A stretch of DNA of 63,040 nt, filler included, from Thermodesulfobacteriota bacterium (GTDB taxonomy: Bacteria > DASVDK01), in assembly GCA_036381125.1 (NCBI GenBank). It is 8 parts of 8 records of this genome, joined end to end, with 100 filler letters (N's around TTAATTAATTAA, not from the genome) between each part and the next. Parts side by side here need not be neighbours in the genome. Positions count along the whole stretch, not along the records: positions 11,997 to 28,027 come from DASVDK010000371.1; 7 more parts are not named here. One strand, 5' to 3'. Positions 18,236-26,593 of the stretch are shown here, piece after piece. A program made the translations under genes and the position numbers. A model generated the notes under the pieces. That model made no database searches and was not told the origin of the DNA. It worked only from the letters and a program-made list of their open reading frames with translations. Position 1 is the first letter of the stretch; each line of letters begins with the position of its first letter.

Positions 18236-18275
18236 GGGAGCCAACGGCTTCGAGGCTCACCTGCCGCAGCGGTTC

Positions 18276-18842
18276 TCAGCCGACCAGGCCCCGCTCGCGA
18301 CGCAGGAGCTGGTCGAGCTGGTCGATCTGCTCCGGCCCGAGCGCGCTCTTGAGCCGCGGGAAGACGACCGACTCCTCCTCCGAGACGTGCTCGGCGATGA
18401 GCTTCCGGAACCCGGTGACCCCCTTCGTCCAGTTCTCCCCCTCCTTCGGCATCTGCTCGAGCTGGAAGAGCGCCACCTTCATCTGGCTGTGCTCCTCGTA
18501 CAGGTCGGGCACCGTCTCGCGGAGGTTCGCCTGCTGGAAGACGACCGGGTAGAGGGCGTTCTCCTCGGCCACCGCATGCTCGGTCAGCGCGCGCCTGACC
18601 TGCGCGAGCAGGTCGGCGCGCTCGCCGGGATCGCTCGACTCCACGGCCCGCTGGAGGAGCTGGTCCACCTGCCGGTGCTCCGCGACGAGAAGCGCGAAGG
18701 GGTCGCCCTCGGCGCCCGACTGCCCGGCCGTCCGCGTCCCCGTGGTGCCGCAGGCGCTCCCGCCGAGCGCCGTTGCGACCAGAAGACCACTCGCCAGTGT
18801 TCCGAACTGCCGCCTCGAGAGCGGCGTGCCGTTCTCCGACAT
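18276..18842 (-). CDS. Hemerythrin-like (HHE) protein with a Tat lipoprotein signal
   Basis: SRRQFG..GGSAC; EH, HAVAEE..YP, EEH, HVSEEE..FP; AAGGAGG RBS. Confidence 0.8.
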   Translation of the reverse strand: MSENGTPLSRRQFGTLASGLLVATALGGSACGTTGTRTAGQSGAEGDPFALLVAEHRQVDQLLQRAVESSDPGERADLLAQVRRALTEHAVAEENALYPVVFQQANLRETVPDLYEEHSQMKVALFQLEQMPKEGENWTKGVTGFRKLIAEHVSEEESVVFPRLKSALGPEQIDQLDQLLRRERGLVG

Positions 18843-18943
18843 GCGCTGCGCCTCCTTGTGGCGCCTCCCCGCGCCGGACGTTGGGCACGCGAGCGGCGGG
18901 CCGTATCGTGGCGAGGACTACCGGCGCGGCCGCCTCGGGGGCG

Positions 18944-19939
18944 CTATTCGTACCGCACGGCCCAGTAGAAGTCCCCGGCGGGGAGCGGCACCTCGGGGAG
19001 GGTCGCGTCCATCCGGCGGCCGCGCTTCGCATCGGACACCTGAACGTGGACCGGCAGGACGATCGCGTACGGCGCGGGGAGGCGGCGGAAGAGCCGGCGG
19101 GGGATGCCGAAGCCGAAGCGGACGTGGCCGCCGCCTGCGAGCACGACGAGCTGCACGCGGTCGCCGCCGCGCTCGAGCGCGCGCGCGGCGGTGTCGGCCA
19201 TGGTCTCGTCCCAGAGCACCTGCACCTCGTAGAAGCGATCGAAGCGAGCGCTCCCCGGCCCGTGCGCCGCGAAGACCGCCTGCAGGTAGGCGCGGTGATA
19301 CGGGTCGTCGAGGCGCATCTCCGGGAGCCGGCCGGCCAGCTCGGGCGGCAGGCCGTCCACGCCGTGCCGCCTCACGGCGCGCACGAGGTCGGCCTCCGCG
19401 TTGAGCGCCAGCAGGCGGATGCCCGCCTCGCGCGCGAACCGGACGATGCCGGCGTACGGCTCCCACTCCCCCCAGCTCTCGGCCCAGACCTCGCGGAACG
19501 CCGCCTCGTCGATCTCTCCCCGGACGAAGGCGTCGGCCTTCGCCTGGTCGGAGCGCCTGAGCATCTCCAGCCCGAGGACGAGCCTGCCGGGGGCGCGCGC
19601 CGCAAGGCCGCGCAGGACGGCGAGCTGGACCGCGTGGTCCTGGGGGCTGTCGTGCGTCTCGCCGACGTAGACGACGCGCAGGGCCGCGAGGTAGTCGAGC
19701 AGCTCGCTCTCGCTGACCAGCCGCCCGGTCCGACCGTGCAGGATCTCGCCGACGGCGAGGGAAGCCGGATCGCGATACGGGGAGGTGGGGTCGGCCGATG
19801 CCCCGTCCGGCCCGACCGCGACGCGCTCGCCGGCCGGCGCCCGGTCGTGCGTGGCGCACCCCATCGCCGCGGCCAGCGCCGCGACCGCGACGATCGCCGC
19901 ACCCCGTCCGGCCCCGCGCGTCCGGCCCGTTCTCGTCAC
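18944..19939 (-). CDS. ChaN family lipoprotein
   Basis: Lipobox AMGC; VVYVGETHD, LGLEM, QVLWDETMA, LAGGGHV..GIPRRL; start approximate. Confidence 0.85.
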   Translation of the reverse strand: MTRTGRTRGAGRGAAIVAVAALAAAMGCATHDRAPAGERVAVGPDGASADPTSPYRDPASLAVGEILHGRTGRLVSESELLDYLAALRVVYVGETHDSPQDHAVQLAVLRGLAARAPGRLVLGLEMLRRSDQAKADAFVRGEIDEAAFREVWAESWGEWEPYAGIVRFAREAGIRLLALNAEADLVRAVRRHGVDGLPPELAGRLPEMRLDDPYHRAYLQAVFAAHGPGSARFDRFYEVQVLWDETMADTAARALERGGDRVQLVVLAGGGHVRFGFGIPRRLFRRLPAPYAIVLPVHVQVSDAKRGRRMDATLPEVPLPAGDFYWAVRYE

Positions 19940-19990
19940 GAGAGCATGGTGCCCGCAACCTGCGCGCGCGCGCAAGCCGGATTCGTCGCG

Positions 19991-20752
19991 TCAGAAGCTC
20001 AGGCTCAGGCGCACCGAGTACGTGGGGACCCGCGACCAGCTCCCCTCGGCCACGACCGTGAGGAGCCCGAGCCGCAGCCTGGCGCCGGCGAAGAGGCGAT
20101 CGTCGGTCGGCCGCACCTCGCCGAGGCCGGCCGGCGGCTCCGCGGCGGCGCCCTGCGGCTCGGCCTCGACCCAGACGCGACCGATGCCGAGATACGGCGT
20201 GACCGGACCGAGACCCTTGCTCGCCGAGAGGTCGATCGACGTCGAGGTGAGGTCCAGCTCGTCGACCCCCGCGAGCTCGGTGTGGGCCCCCCGGAGGGCG
20301 ACGGCCGGCCAGACGGCACCGCCCCGGATGACGGCCCACTTGACCTCCCCGCCCCAGAGGCGGATGTTCGAGTCGGCGACGTCGCCGTAGAGCCCGCCCA
20401 GCTCGAGCCCGAGCGGCAGCCCGATGTTCACGTGCAGCTTGGGCACCACGAGGAACGACGGCGGCGAGCCGTCCCTGATCGCCCGCCGCCAGTAGTCGCG
20501 GTCGTCGTCGATGTCGAGCGCCGTCACCTCGAGCCCGGCATCGACGTGCGGCACCGTCAGGCGCATCCCGAGCGACTCGGCCGGCGCGACCTGGAACGCG
20601 GAGATCGCGAGCCCCAGGTCGCGCGAGAGGTCGCGGAACTGGTCCTGCGTGAGGCCCTCGATGACCAGGTCGTCGTCGCCGGCCAGGGCCGGCCGGGGGC
20701 CGAGGGCCGCGAGGACGACGAGGAGAAGGGCGACGGCACGGAGGGCCGGCAT
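19991..20752 (-). CDS. Putative outer-membrane beta-barrel protein
   Basis: Signal peptide, amphipathic beta pattern, C-terminal RLSLSF. Confidence 0.7.
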   Translation of the reverse strand: MPALRAVALLLVVLAALGPRPALAGDDDLVIEGLTQDQFRDLSRDLGLAISAFQVAPAESLGMRLTVPHVDAGLEVTALDIDDDRDYWRRAIRDGSPPSFLVVPKLHVNIGLPLGLELGGLYGDVADSNIRLWGGEVKWAVIRGGAVWPAVALRGAHTELAGVDELDLTSTSIDLSASKGLGPVTPYLGIGRVWVEAEPQGAAAEPPAGLGEVRPTDDRLFAGARLRLGLLTVVAEGSWSRVPTYSVRLSLSF

Positions 20753-21570
20753 CAGAACCAGACCCTCAGCCCGACCTGACCGGCGACCTGGTCGGGGAAG
20801 CTCGCCTCGACGGTGAGCCCGATCCGGCGCTCGGCGCTGAAGTAGACGTCGAGGCCGACGAAACCGCCCACGTGCTCCCTCGCCCGGAGCCTGAGTTCGC
20901 CCGCGGCCGGACCGGACGAGACGCGCGCGTCGGCCTCGGCGTCGGAGTACCGCAGCCCCAGGTACGGCCGCGTCGTGTGGATGCGCCACGAGACCCCGGC
21001 CCTCGCCTCCCACTCCCGCCACCGGAACGTCTCGTCCGCGCGGACCGTGTCGCCGCCGGCGCCGGTGAACGCCACGGCGGCAGCCTCGCTCTCGAACTGC
21101 AGGTACCGTCCCTCGAGGAAGAGCGTCGTGTCGTACCGGTCCTGCTCCCGCGACAGCACGATCCCCGCCCCGCCGCCGTAGGCGAGCCCGAAGTCGCCGT
21201 CGAAGTCGGCGTCCTCCGACGGGCTGTCGAGGTCCGCCTGGCCGACCAGACCGTAGAACAGCAGGCCGCGGGCCGGCCTGAAGGTGGCGCGGGCGAGCAG
21301 GCGAGTCGACCGGACGTCGAAGTCGAACCGCTCGCCCGCCCCGCGCTCGGTCACGCCGCGCCGCAACTCGGATGCGAGCACCTCGAGGCCGAACGGGCTC
21401 GTCCGCTCGCGGGTCGGGCCCTCCGGCGGCTCGCGGCGCTCGTCGGACGGCAGGCCGTACCGGAACCAGCGCAGCCCCTCGAGGCCGTCGGGCCTCTCGT
21501 CCGCCCCCAGCGCGAGCTGCGGGACGGCGAGAACGAAGACGAGCGCTGCGACGGACACCAGGCTGGCCAC
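20752..21570 (-). CDS. Putative outer-membrane beta-barrel protein
   Basis: GGGAGG RBS and GTG; signal peptide; alternating beta strands; C-terminal GLRVWF. Confidence 0.7.
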   Translation of the reverse strand: MASLVSVAALVFVLAVPQLALGADERPDGLEGLRWFRYGLPSDERREPPEGPTRERTSPFGLEVLASELRRGVTERGAGERFDFDVRSTRLLARATFRPARGLLFYGLVGQADLDSPSEDADFDGDFGLAYGGGAGIVLSREQDRYDTTLFLEGRYLQFESEAAAVAFTGAGGDTVRADETFRWREWEARAGVSWRIHTTRPYLGLRYSDAEADARVSSGPAAGELRLRAREHVGGFVGLDVYFSAERRIGLTVEASFPDQVAGQVGLRVWF

Positions 21571-21672
21571 GCTCCCTCCCACACGCCGCCGGCGCGACGC
21601 CGATGCGCCCGTCGTGCCGGCCGCCGCCGCGGCTTCACGCCGGAGCCGAGGCCAACGGGCCCGTGCTCCTCG

Positions 21673-22563
21673 TCACCGGCCGCCACGCGGCGGCCGGGAG
21701 GGCGAGACGCGGAGCGGCACGACCGGTGCCCCTGTCCGCGGCCTCCCGTCCCGGGAGGCCAGGAAGAAGACCACGCTCATCGGCACGAGCCAGAAGAGCC
21801 CTCCGCCCACCCACATCACGAGGCCGCCGGCTCGTTGATCGGCGACGACCGCCTCGAGGTCGGCGCCGGCGATCGCGGCGTACGTGGCGTAGAGCGGGAC
21901 CTGCGCGAAGCTGAGGAGCGCGCCGATCACGTCCCCTTCGACCATCGGCGGCACGAGGTAGAGGAGCGCGGGGCCGTAGCCGAGCGGCCGCCGCCCGCCG
22001 GTCGGGTGGATCACCGGCCACCAGTAGGCGAGCGCCGTCCCGAGGAGCAGCGCGTGCTCGAGGTCGTGCACGAGCGCCGGACCCTGCGCGGCATCGTAGA
22101 AGGCCGGCAGGTGCCAGAGGGCGAGGTTGGTGATATAGAGGAGGCTCGCCACGCCCGGGCGGGCGAGGAGGCGGAGGAGCCGTCCGGCCGGGCGGCGGGC
22201 GACGAAGAGCCTGCCCGTCGCGCGACGGAGGGGACCGGGAAGTCCCCAGAGGATCGGCACCATCGGGGCGCCGAGCCAGAGGAGCGGAGGCGCCACCACG
22301 GCCAGGAGGAGGTGCTGGACCATGTGGGCGGAGAAGAACCGCTCGCCCGCGGACGCGATCGGCGAGACGACGGCCAGCCCGAGCGCCGCGAGCCCGCCCG
22401 CGTAGCAGCCGGCGCGCCATGCCGCCGGGCTCGCCCGGCCGCGCCCCCGCCGTCCCAGCCGTCGCCACCCGGCGACGTAGAGCGCGGCGGAGAGGGAGAG
22501 GCCGAGGGCGAGGACCGGCTCGAGGGAGAGCGGCGCGGCCTGCGGGGCAAGCGGGTGGGCCAT
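21673..22563 (-). CDS. ctaG: Cytochrome c oxidase assembly protein (Caa3_CtaG family)
   Basis: FSAHMVQHLLL..APPLL, WHLPAFYD, HDLEH, DQRAGGLVMWVGG. Confidence 0.88.
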   Translation of the reverse strand: MAHPLAPQAAPLSLEPVLALGLSLSAALYVAGWRRLGRRGRGRASPAAWRAGCYAGGLAALGLAVVSPIASAGERFFSAHMVQHLLLAVVAPPLLWLGAPMVPILWGLPGPLRRATGRLFVARRPAGRLLRLLARPGVASLLYITNLALWHLPAFYDAAQGPALVHDLEHALLLGTALAYWWPVIHPTGGRRPLGYGPALLYLVPPMVEGDVIGALLSFAQVPLYATYAAIAGADLEAVVADQRAGGLVMWVGGGLFWLVPMSVVFFLASRDGRPRTGAPVVPLRVSPSRPPRGGR

Positions 22564-22566
22564 GCG

Positions 22567-23580
22567 TCAACGCGGCATCACGGCCGCCGTCTCGGCCTCG
22601 GCCATCGGCAGCGGCTCGTCGGTCGGGAGTCGGCGGTAGCTCAGGACCGCACGCAGCCGCAGGCGCTGGCCCGGCATGGACGGCAGCGGCAGCGCGATCG
22701 CCTCCCGCCGGACCTCACCTGGGCGGAGCGCGGTCGAGCGCTCGGCGACGGCGACGATCTCCCAGGGCAGCGCCGTCTCCCTGCCGGCCGCGTCGAGACC
22801 GACGTTCCGGTAGAGCCGCCGCTCGGCGGCGAAGACGAAGCCGGAGGGATCTTCCGCGGTCACGTCCAGGACCACCACCGAGCCCCAGGGTCAACCGTCG
22901 GGGACGCGATGGCCGGCCAGGTTGTGGACCTCGACGATCGCGACCGGACCGTCCGCGTCGGTGCCGGCCGTCATGCGGACGGTGGCCGCCCGGCGGAGCA
23001 TGGCGGGCGACCGGCTCCCTTCGAAGCGGTGCGAGCCGCCCGGCATGTGGCACTGCTGGCAGCTCACGCCGGCCGCGGCCGCGGGGCTCTCCTGCCAGCC
23101 GTCGTAGACGGTCGAGCACGCGACGGCCGGCGGCTGCCAGCGATGGCAGCGCGCGCACGCCTCGGCCGGCGCCGCCGTCTCGCCTGCCAGAGAGCGAACC
23201 GGATGCGCCGTCGGGCTGCCGCCGTGGCACGCGACGCAGGTCACGCCCGGCGCCGGTTCCCCTGCGATGAGCCGGCCGGCCGCTGCGGCCGGGTCGTGTG
23301 CGGCCGGCGTGTGACAGCCGAGACACCGGCTGGCGACGGCGGTTGCCGGCGCGCCGAAACGGTGGAGCGAGGCGAAGAACCCCTCCGTGGCCGCGGCCTT
23401 CGCGTGCGGCGAGGCGCGCCACGCCTCGACCTGCCGGTCGTGGCACGCGACGCAGCGCTCGGGGTCGTCGGGATCGGCCACGGGGGCCGGTCGCGGCCCG
23501 GCCGGCGCGGCTGCCCGCAACGCCGGCGCCGCGGCCAGCAGCGCCGCGAGCCCGATGGCGGCCAGCCGCGGACCCGTCAT
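22567..23580 (-). CDS. Pentaheme c-type cytochrome with in-frame UGA (putative selenocysteine; ExtKL-like)
   Basis: Signal peptide; CVACH, CLGCH, CVACH, CARCH, CQQCH. TGA at 22893-22891 lies in AGHRVPDG*PWGSVVVL and the same frame continues to 22567. Confidence 0.8.
22856..22880 (-). promoter_or_regulatory. Candidate bacterial SECIS hairpin
   Basis: mRNA +11 to +35 after the UGA reads CGGUGGUGGUCCUGGACGUGACCGC; it can pair GUGGUC/GACCGC, or CGGU/ACCG plus GUC/GAC, with a G-containing loop. Confidence 0.5.
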
Positions 23581-23912
23581 CCGCCGGCGAACCGGAGGGC
23601 GACGGCCGCCTCGGTTCGGACGCCGCGGCTGTCCCAGGCCGCGACGCTCACGAGCCCCTCCTCGACGGCGCGCAGCTTGAAGCTCACGAGCGGGTTGTCG
23701 GCGAGGGCCGGCGTCATGTCGTAGCGGCAGACGACCGACCCGAGGTACCGCGCCTCCATCACCCGGATGAAGTACGGCTCGGCCGCCTGCACGAACCGGC
23801 CGGCCACCTTCTCGAGGCCGGTCCGCACCGGGTGGCGGAACTTCACGTACACCGGGATGACGTCGCCACGGCGGACCTCCGGCGGCAGGCGGATCTCCGG
23901 GGCGGGAAACAT
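23577..23912 (-). CDS. soxZ: SoxZ-like sulfur carrier subunit
   Basis: VRRGDVIPVYVKFRHPVRTGL..PYFI..ALADNPLVSFKL..WDSRG; AAGGAG RBS; ATGA coupling to the cytochrome. Confidence 0.75.
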   Translation of the reverse strand: MFPAPEIRLPPEVRRGDVIPVYVKFRHPVRTGLEKVAGRFVQAAEPYFIRVMEARYLGSVVCRYDMTPALADNPLVSFKLRAVEEGLVSVAAWDSRGVRTEAAVALRFAGG

Positions 23913-23917
23913 CGGGA

Positions 23918-24148
23918 CTACTCCTTCGCCCGCCCGTCCTCCGCGCCGTGCCCGTTGCCCGCGGCACGCGTCCGCGCGCGCCAGGCGAGGTAGCGCTTGA
24001 GGTCGAGCGGCATCTCCACGCCGTGCCTGAACTTGAGGTGGATGAAGTGGACGACGCCGAAGAGCGTCCAGGCGAAGAAGAGGACGAGCGCCGTCCACTC
24101 GATCGCGTTGGGAGCCGTCTGCCAGAATGCCGGGATCTCGGGTTCCAT
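23918..24148 (-). CDS. Small single-TM membrane protein
   Basis: GGGAGG RBS; MEPEIPAFW..WTALVLFFAWTLFGVVHFIHL. Confidence 0.65.
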   Translation of the reverse strand: MEPEIPAFWQTAPNAIEWTALVLFFAWTLFGVVHFIHLKFRHGVEMPLDLKRYLAWRARTRAAGNGHGAEDGRAKE

Positions 24149-24168
24149 GCCTCGAACCTCCCGTCCCG

Positions 24169-24306
24169 CTAGAAGTACGCGGGACCGGTCGCGCCGAGGA
24201 CGTTGGCCAACGCCTTGGCGACGTTGTACAGGGCGTCGGCGGCGAGCACGGCGAGGTTCAGCCAGGCGGCGGCCAGGACGATGCGGAAGACGATCGGGCT
24301 CGGCAT
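24169..24306 (-). CDS. 45-aa hydrophobic small protein (not in the ORF track)
   Basis: GGAGGA RBS; MPSPIVFRIVLAAAWLNLAVLAADALYNVAKALANVLGATGPAYF. Confidence 0.6.
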   Translation of the reverse strand: MPSPIVFRIVLAAAWLNLAVLAADALYNVAKALANVLGATGPAYF

Positions 24307-24378
24307 GGGCCTTTTCCTCCGTTGCAGGACGGACCCCGTCACGCTGCCTGCCCGGGCAAAGCCGGGCGCCGCGCTCTG

Positions 24379-24666
24379 CTAAAGCGGGATCGAGTAGTCG
24401 AGGCCCGGCCCCGGGCCGCCCCAGTACGAGAGCGTGTAGAAGGCGCCCCAGACGGCGAGCCCGAGGATCACGGCGAAGAGCCACCAGTTGACGACCCCCT
24501 CCAGCTCGCGCGTCCCGGAGTACCGATAGGTGTAGACCGGGCCGCGCTCCGCGAGCGTCTCCGGGTCGTACACGTCGCTGACCGGGTAGCGGAAGTGCGT
24601 CTCGACCGGCGGTTGCTGGCCGTCCCCCATGGGCGGATGAGCCCGGTCCGGGTGATCACTCGACAT
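24379..24666 (-). CDS. Stand-alone CcoP/FixP N-terminal-like membrane protein (no heme motif)
   Basis: AAGGAG RBS; YSGTRELEGVVNWWLFAVILGLAVWGAFYTLSYW resembles the FixP_N pattern (DGIxELxxxxPxWW plus TM helix). Confidence 0.55.
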   Translation of the reverse strand: MSSDHPDRAHPPMGDGQQPPVETHFRYPVSDVYDPETLAERGPVYTYRYSGTRELEGVVNWWLFAVILGLAVWGAFYTLSYWGGPGPGLDYSIPL

Positions 24667-24877
24667 CGTGCCGCTCCTTCTCGAGCATGGTGAACTTCGG
24701 CGCCTCCGCGTCGCGCGCGAGGCCGGCGAGGACGAAGAGCACCAGGAAGCAGATCGTCGCCAGGCCCGCGGCGAAGGCGCCGCCGTAGGCGACGATGACC
24801 GCGCGGGCGCCCGGCCCGAGCGCATCGATCGCGTCGGCCAGCGCCGTCGGAAAGGCCGTCACGTCAGGCATCGGCAT
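24656..24877 (-). CDS. Small membrane protein, CcoS-like
   Basis: GGAGGAG RBS; TM helix followed by GLARDAEAPKFTML; lies directly after ccoO. Confidence 0.5.
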   Translation of the reverse strand: MPMPDVTAFPTALADAIDALGPGARAVIVAYGGAFAAGLATICFLVLFVLAGLARDAEAPKFTMLEKERHDVE

Positions 24878-24892
24878 CGTCTCCTCCGGGCG

Positions 24893-26581
24893 TCAGCGCG
24901 CCGGCATCCGGTAGACGGGAAGGTTCCGGTCCGTGAGGCCGGTCCACTGGTAGGCCGCGGCCGGGGTCCGGTGCGCCTCCTCCGGGTCGTCGAGCGCCTG
25001 CTTCACCGAATCGGGGAACGGCTCGGGCGTCGCGTAGAGCGGGTCGTGATAGGCCGACAGCGACAGGACATGATAGGCGAGCGCCCAGCGGTCGTTCTCG
25101 TCCGGGAAGGCATCGGCGAACGACGGCATCGGGGTTCCGTCGAGGCCGGTCGACATCGTCCGGAAGATGTCGCGAACGCCGGCGCCCGACTTGAAGAGGC
25201 CGGTCGTGAGGTCGGCCGGCAGAATGGGGAAGCCGAAGTCGTCCGTCAGGTCGGGGGCCGACGGCCCGTCCCCCTTCCCTCGTTCGCCGTGGCACTGCGC
25301 GCACTGCGCCTCGTCCCACACCTCCTTGCCCCGCGCCAGCAGCTCGGCCGACGCCGCCGGCGGCTGGGCCGCTATGGCGATGGAAGGGGGCGGCGCTTCT
25401 TGCTGCCAGCGCTCCGAGAAGGTCTTGATGTACTGGATGACCGCGGCGCGCTCCCTGAACGGCAGCTCGTGCCAGGTCGGCATGGCCGTGCCGCGGACGC
25501 CGTTGGTGAGGGTCCGCAGCAGGTCGCCGTCGGTCGGGAGCGATCCGCTCGGCGTCGTCCGGAACTTGAAGACGCCGAGCTGGAAGTCGCGCGGCTGCAC
25601 GTCGAAGAAGGTCGCCGCCGCCCCCCACCCGTCGCCCTTCGCACCATGGCAGCCGATGCAGCGGTGCTCGTAGACGACCTTGCCGAAGGCGACCTGGTCG
25701 GGCCCCCCCTCGAGGGTGAAGTTCCCGTCTGCGAAGGCCCGCTGCGACACGAAGAGGTCGCGCCACTTCCCCCGGTTGGTGCCGAGCTTCTGGATGTAGG
25801 CGACCAGCGCCGGCAGCTCCTCGGTCGGCGCGAGGAGGGTGAGCGTCTTCCCCTCGAACGTCCGGAACTGCCCGAAGCGGAGCACCGGGCGCTTGCCACG
25901 GTTGTCCACGAGCCGGCCGTGGAGCGTGTCGAAGATCGGGACGAAGGTGAGGCCGTCGGGGCCGGGGAAGAGCGGGAGCACCTGGGCCCCGTTCGGGTCG
26001 AGGCCGAGGGCGCGGAGGGCCGGGGTGTCGGGGAGCGCCGGCTGGCCGTCCTCGCCCGTCGTCAGCTCGACCGTCACCGGCGTGCGGAAGAGCCACGGGA
26101 AGGCAGGCATGTTCGAATCGGGGACGACCAGGCGCGGGTCCCAGTGGTGGGCGTAGTGCCAGCCGTTCGCGTACTTGAGGCCGACCCGCGTGAGGTCGGG
26201 ACCGATCCGCTGGGTCCCCCAGAAGTGAGGGGCGTCGAAGCTGTACTCGCCCGCCTCGCTCACCGGGCCCCAGCGCAGCGTCTCGTCGTTGACCGGGCGA
26301 ACGTACTGGGAGTGGCAGTACCAGCACCCCTCCCGCTGGTAGATCCGCCGCCCCTGCAGCTCCAGCGGCGTATAGGGCGTCGCCTTCGCCTGGATCCACT
26401 TCAGCTCCCCGAGGTCGGTGCGGACGACGCGCGTCACCGTGTCGCGCCGCGTCTCGGGGAGCATCGCCGGGAGCACGCCCTGGATGAAGAGGGCGAGCAG
26501 CAGGGCGAAGACGCCGGCGACGAGGATGACCCCCTTCGGTCCTTCGACGGCCTCCATGAGACGGCGAAACCATCGCAACAC
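24893..26581 (-). CDS. ccoO: cbb3-type oxidase subunit II fused to two extra cytochrome c domains
   Basis: PYTPLELQGRRIYQREGCWYCHSQYVRP, WGTQRIGPDL, SNMPAF; then CIGCH..GTAMP and CAQCH..GTPMPSF. Confidence 0.88.
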   Translation of the reverse strand: MLRWFRRLMEAVEGPKGVILVAGVFALLLALFIQGVLPAMLPETRRDTVTRVVRTDLGELKWIQAKATPYTPLELQGRRIYQREGCWYCHSQYVRPVNDETLRWGPVSEAGEYSFDAPHFWGTQRIGPDLTRVGLKYANGWHYAHHWDPRLVVPDSNMPAFPWLFRTPVTVELTTGEDGQPALPDTPALRALGLDPNGAQVLPLFPGPDGLTFVPIFDTLHGRLVDNRGKRPVLRFGQFRTFEGKTLTLLAPTEELPALVAYIQKLGTNRGKWRDLFVSQRAFADGNFTLEGGPDQVAFGKVVYEHRCIGCHGAKGDGWGAAATFFDVQPRDFQLGVFKFRTTPSGSLPTDGDLLRTLTNGVRGTAMPTWHELPFRERAAVIQYIKTFSERWQQEAPPPSIAIAAQPPAASAELLARGKEVWDEAQCAQCHGERGKGDGPSAPDLTDDFGFPILPADLTTGLFKSGAGVRDIFRTMSTGLDGTPMPSFADAFPDENDRWALAYHVLSLSAYHDPLYATPEPFPDSVKQALDDPEEAHRTPAAAYQWTGLTDRNLPVYRMPAR

Positions 26582-26593
26582 GCCGTTGTTCCC

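Noticed and set aside
21604-21621. Sigma54-like motif CCGGCACGACGGGCGCA upstream of the barrel genes
   Set aside because: The spacing fits but the -12 element is poor, and such matches arise easily in GC-rich DNA.
22879-22893. Reading the cytochrome as two genes or as a nonsense pseudogene
   Set aside because: The downstream piece has no convincing RBS, is in the same frame, and the UGA sits in a motif matching known Sec cytochromes. A pseudogene is not fully excluded without the sel genes.
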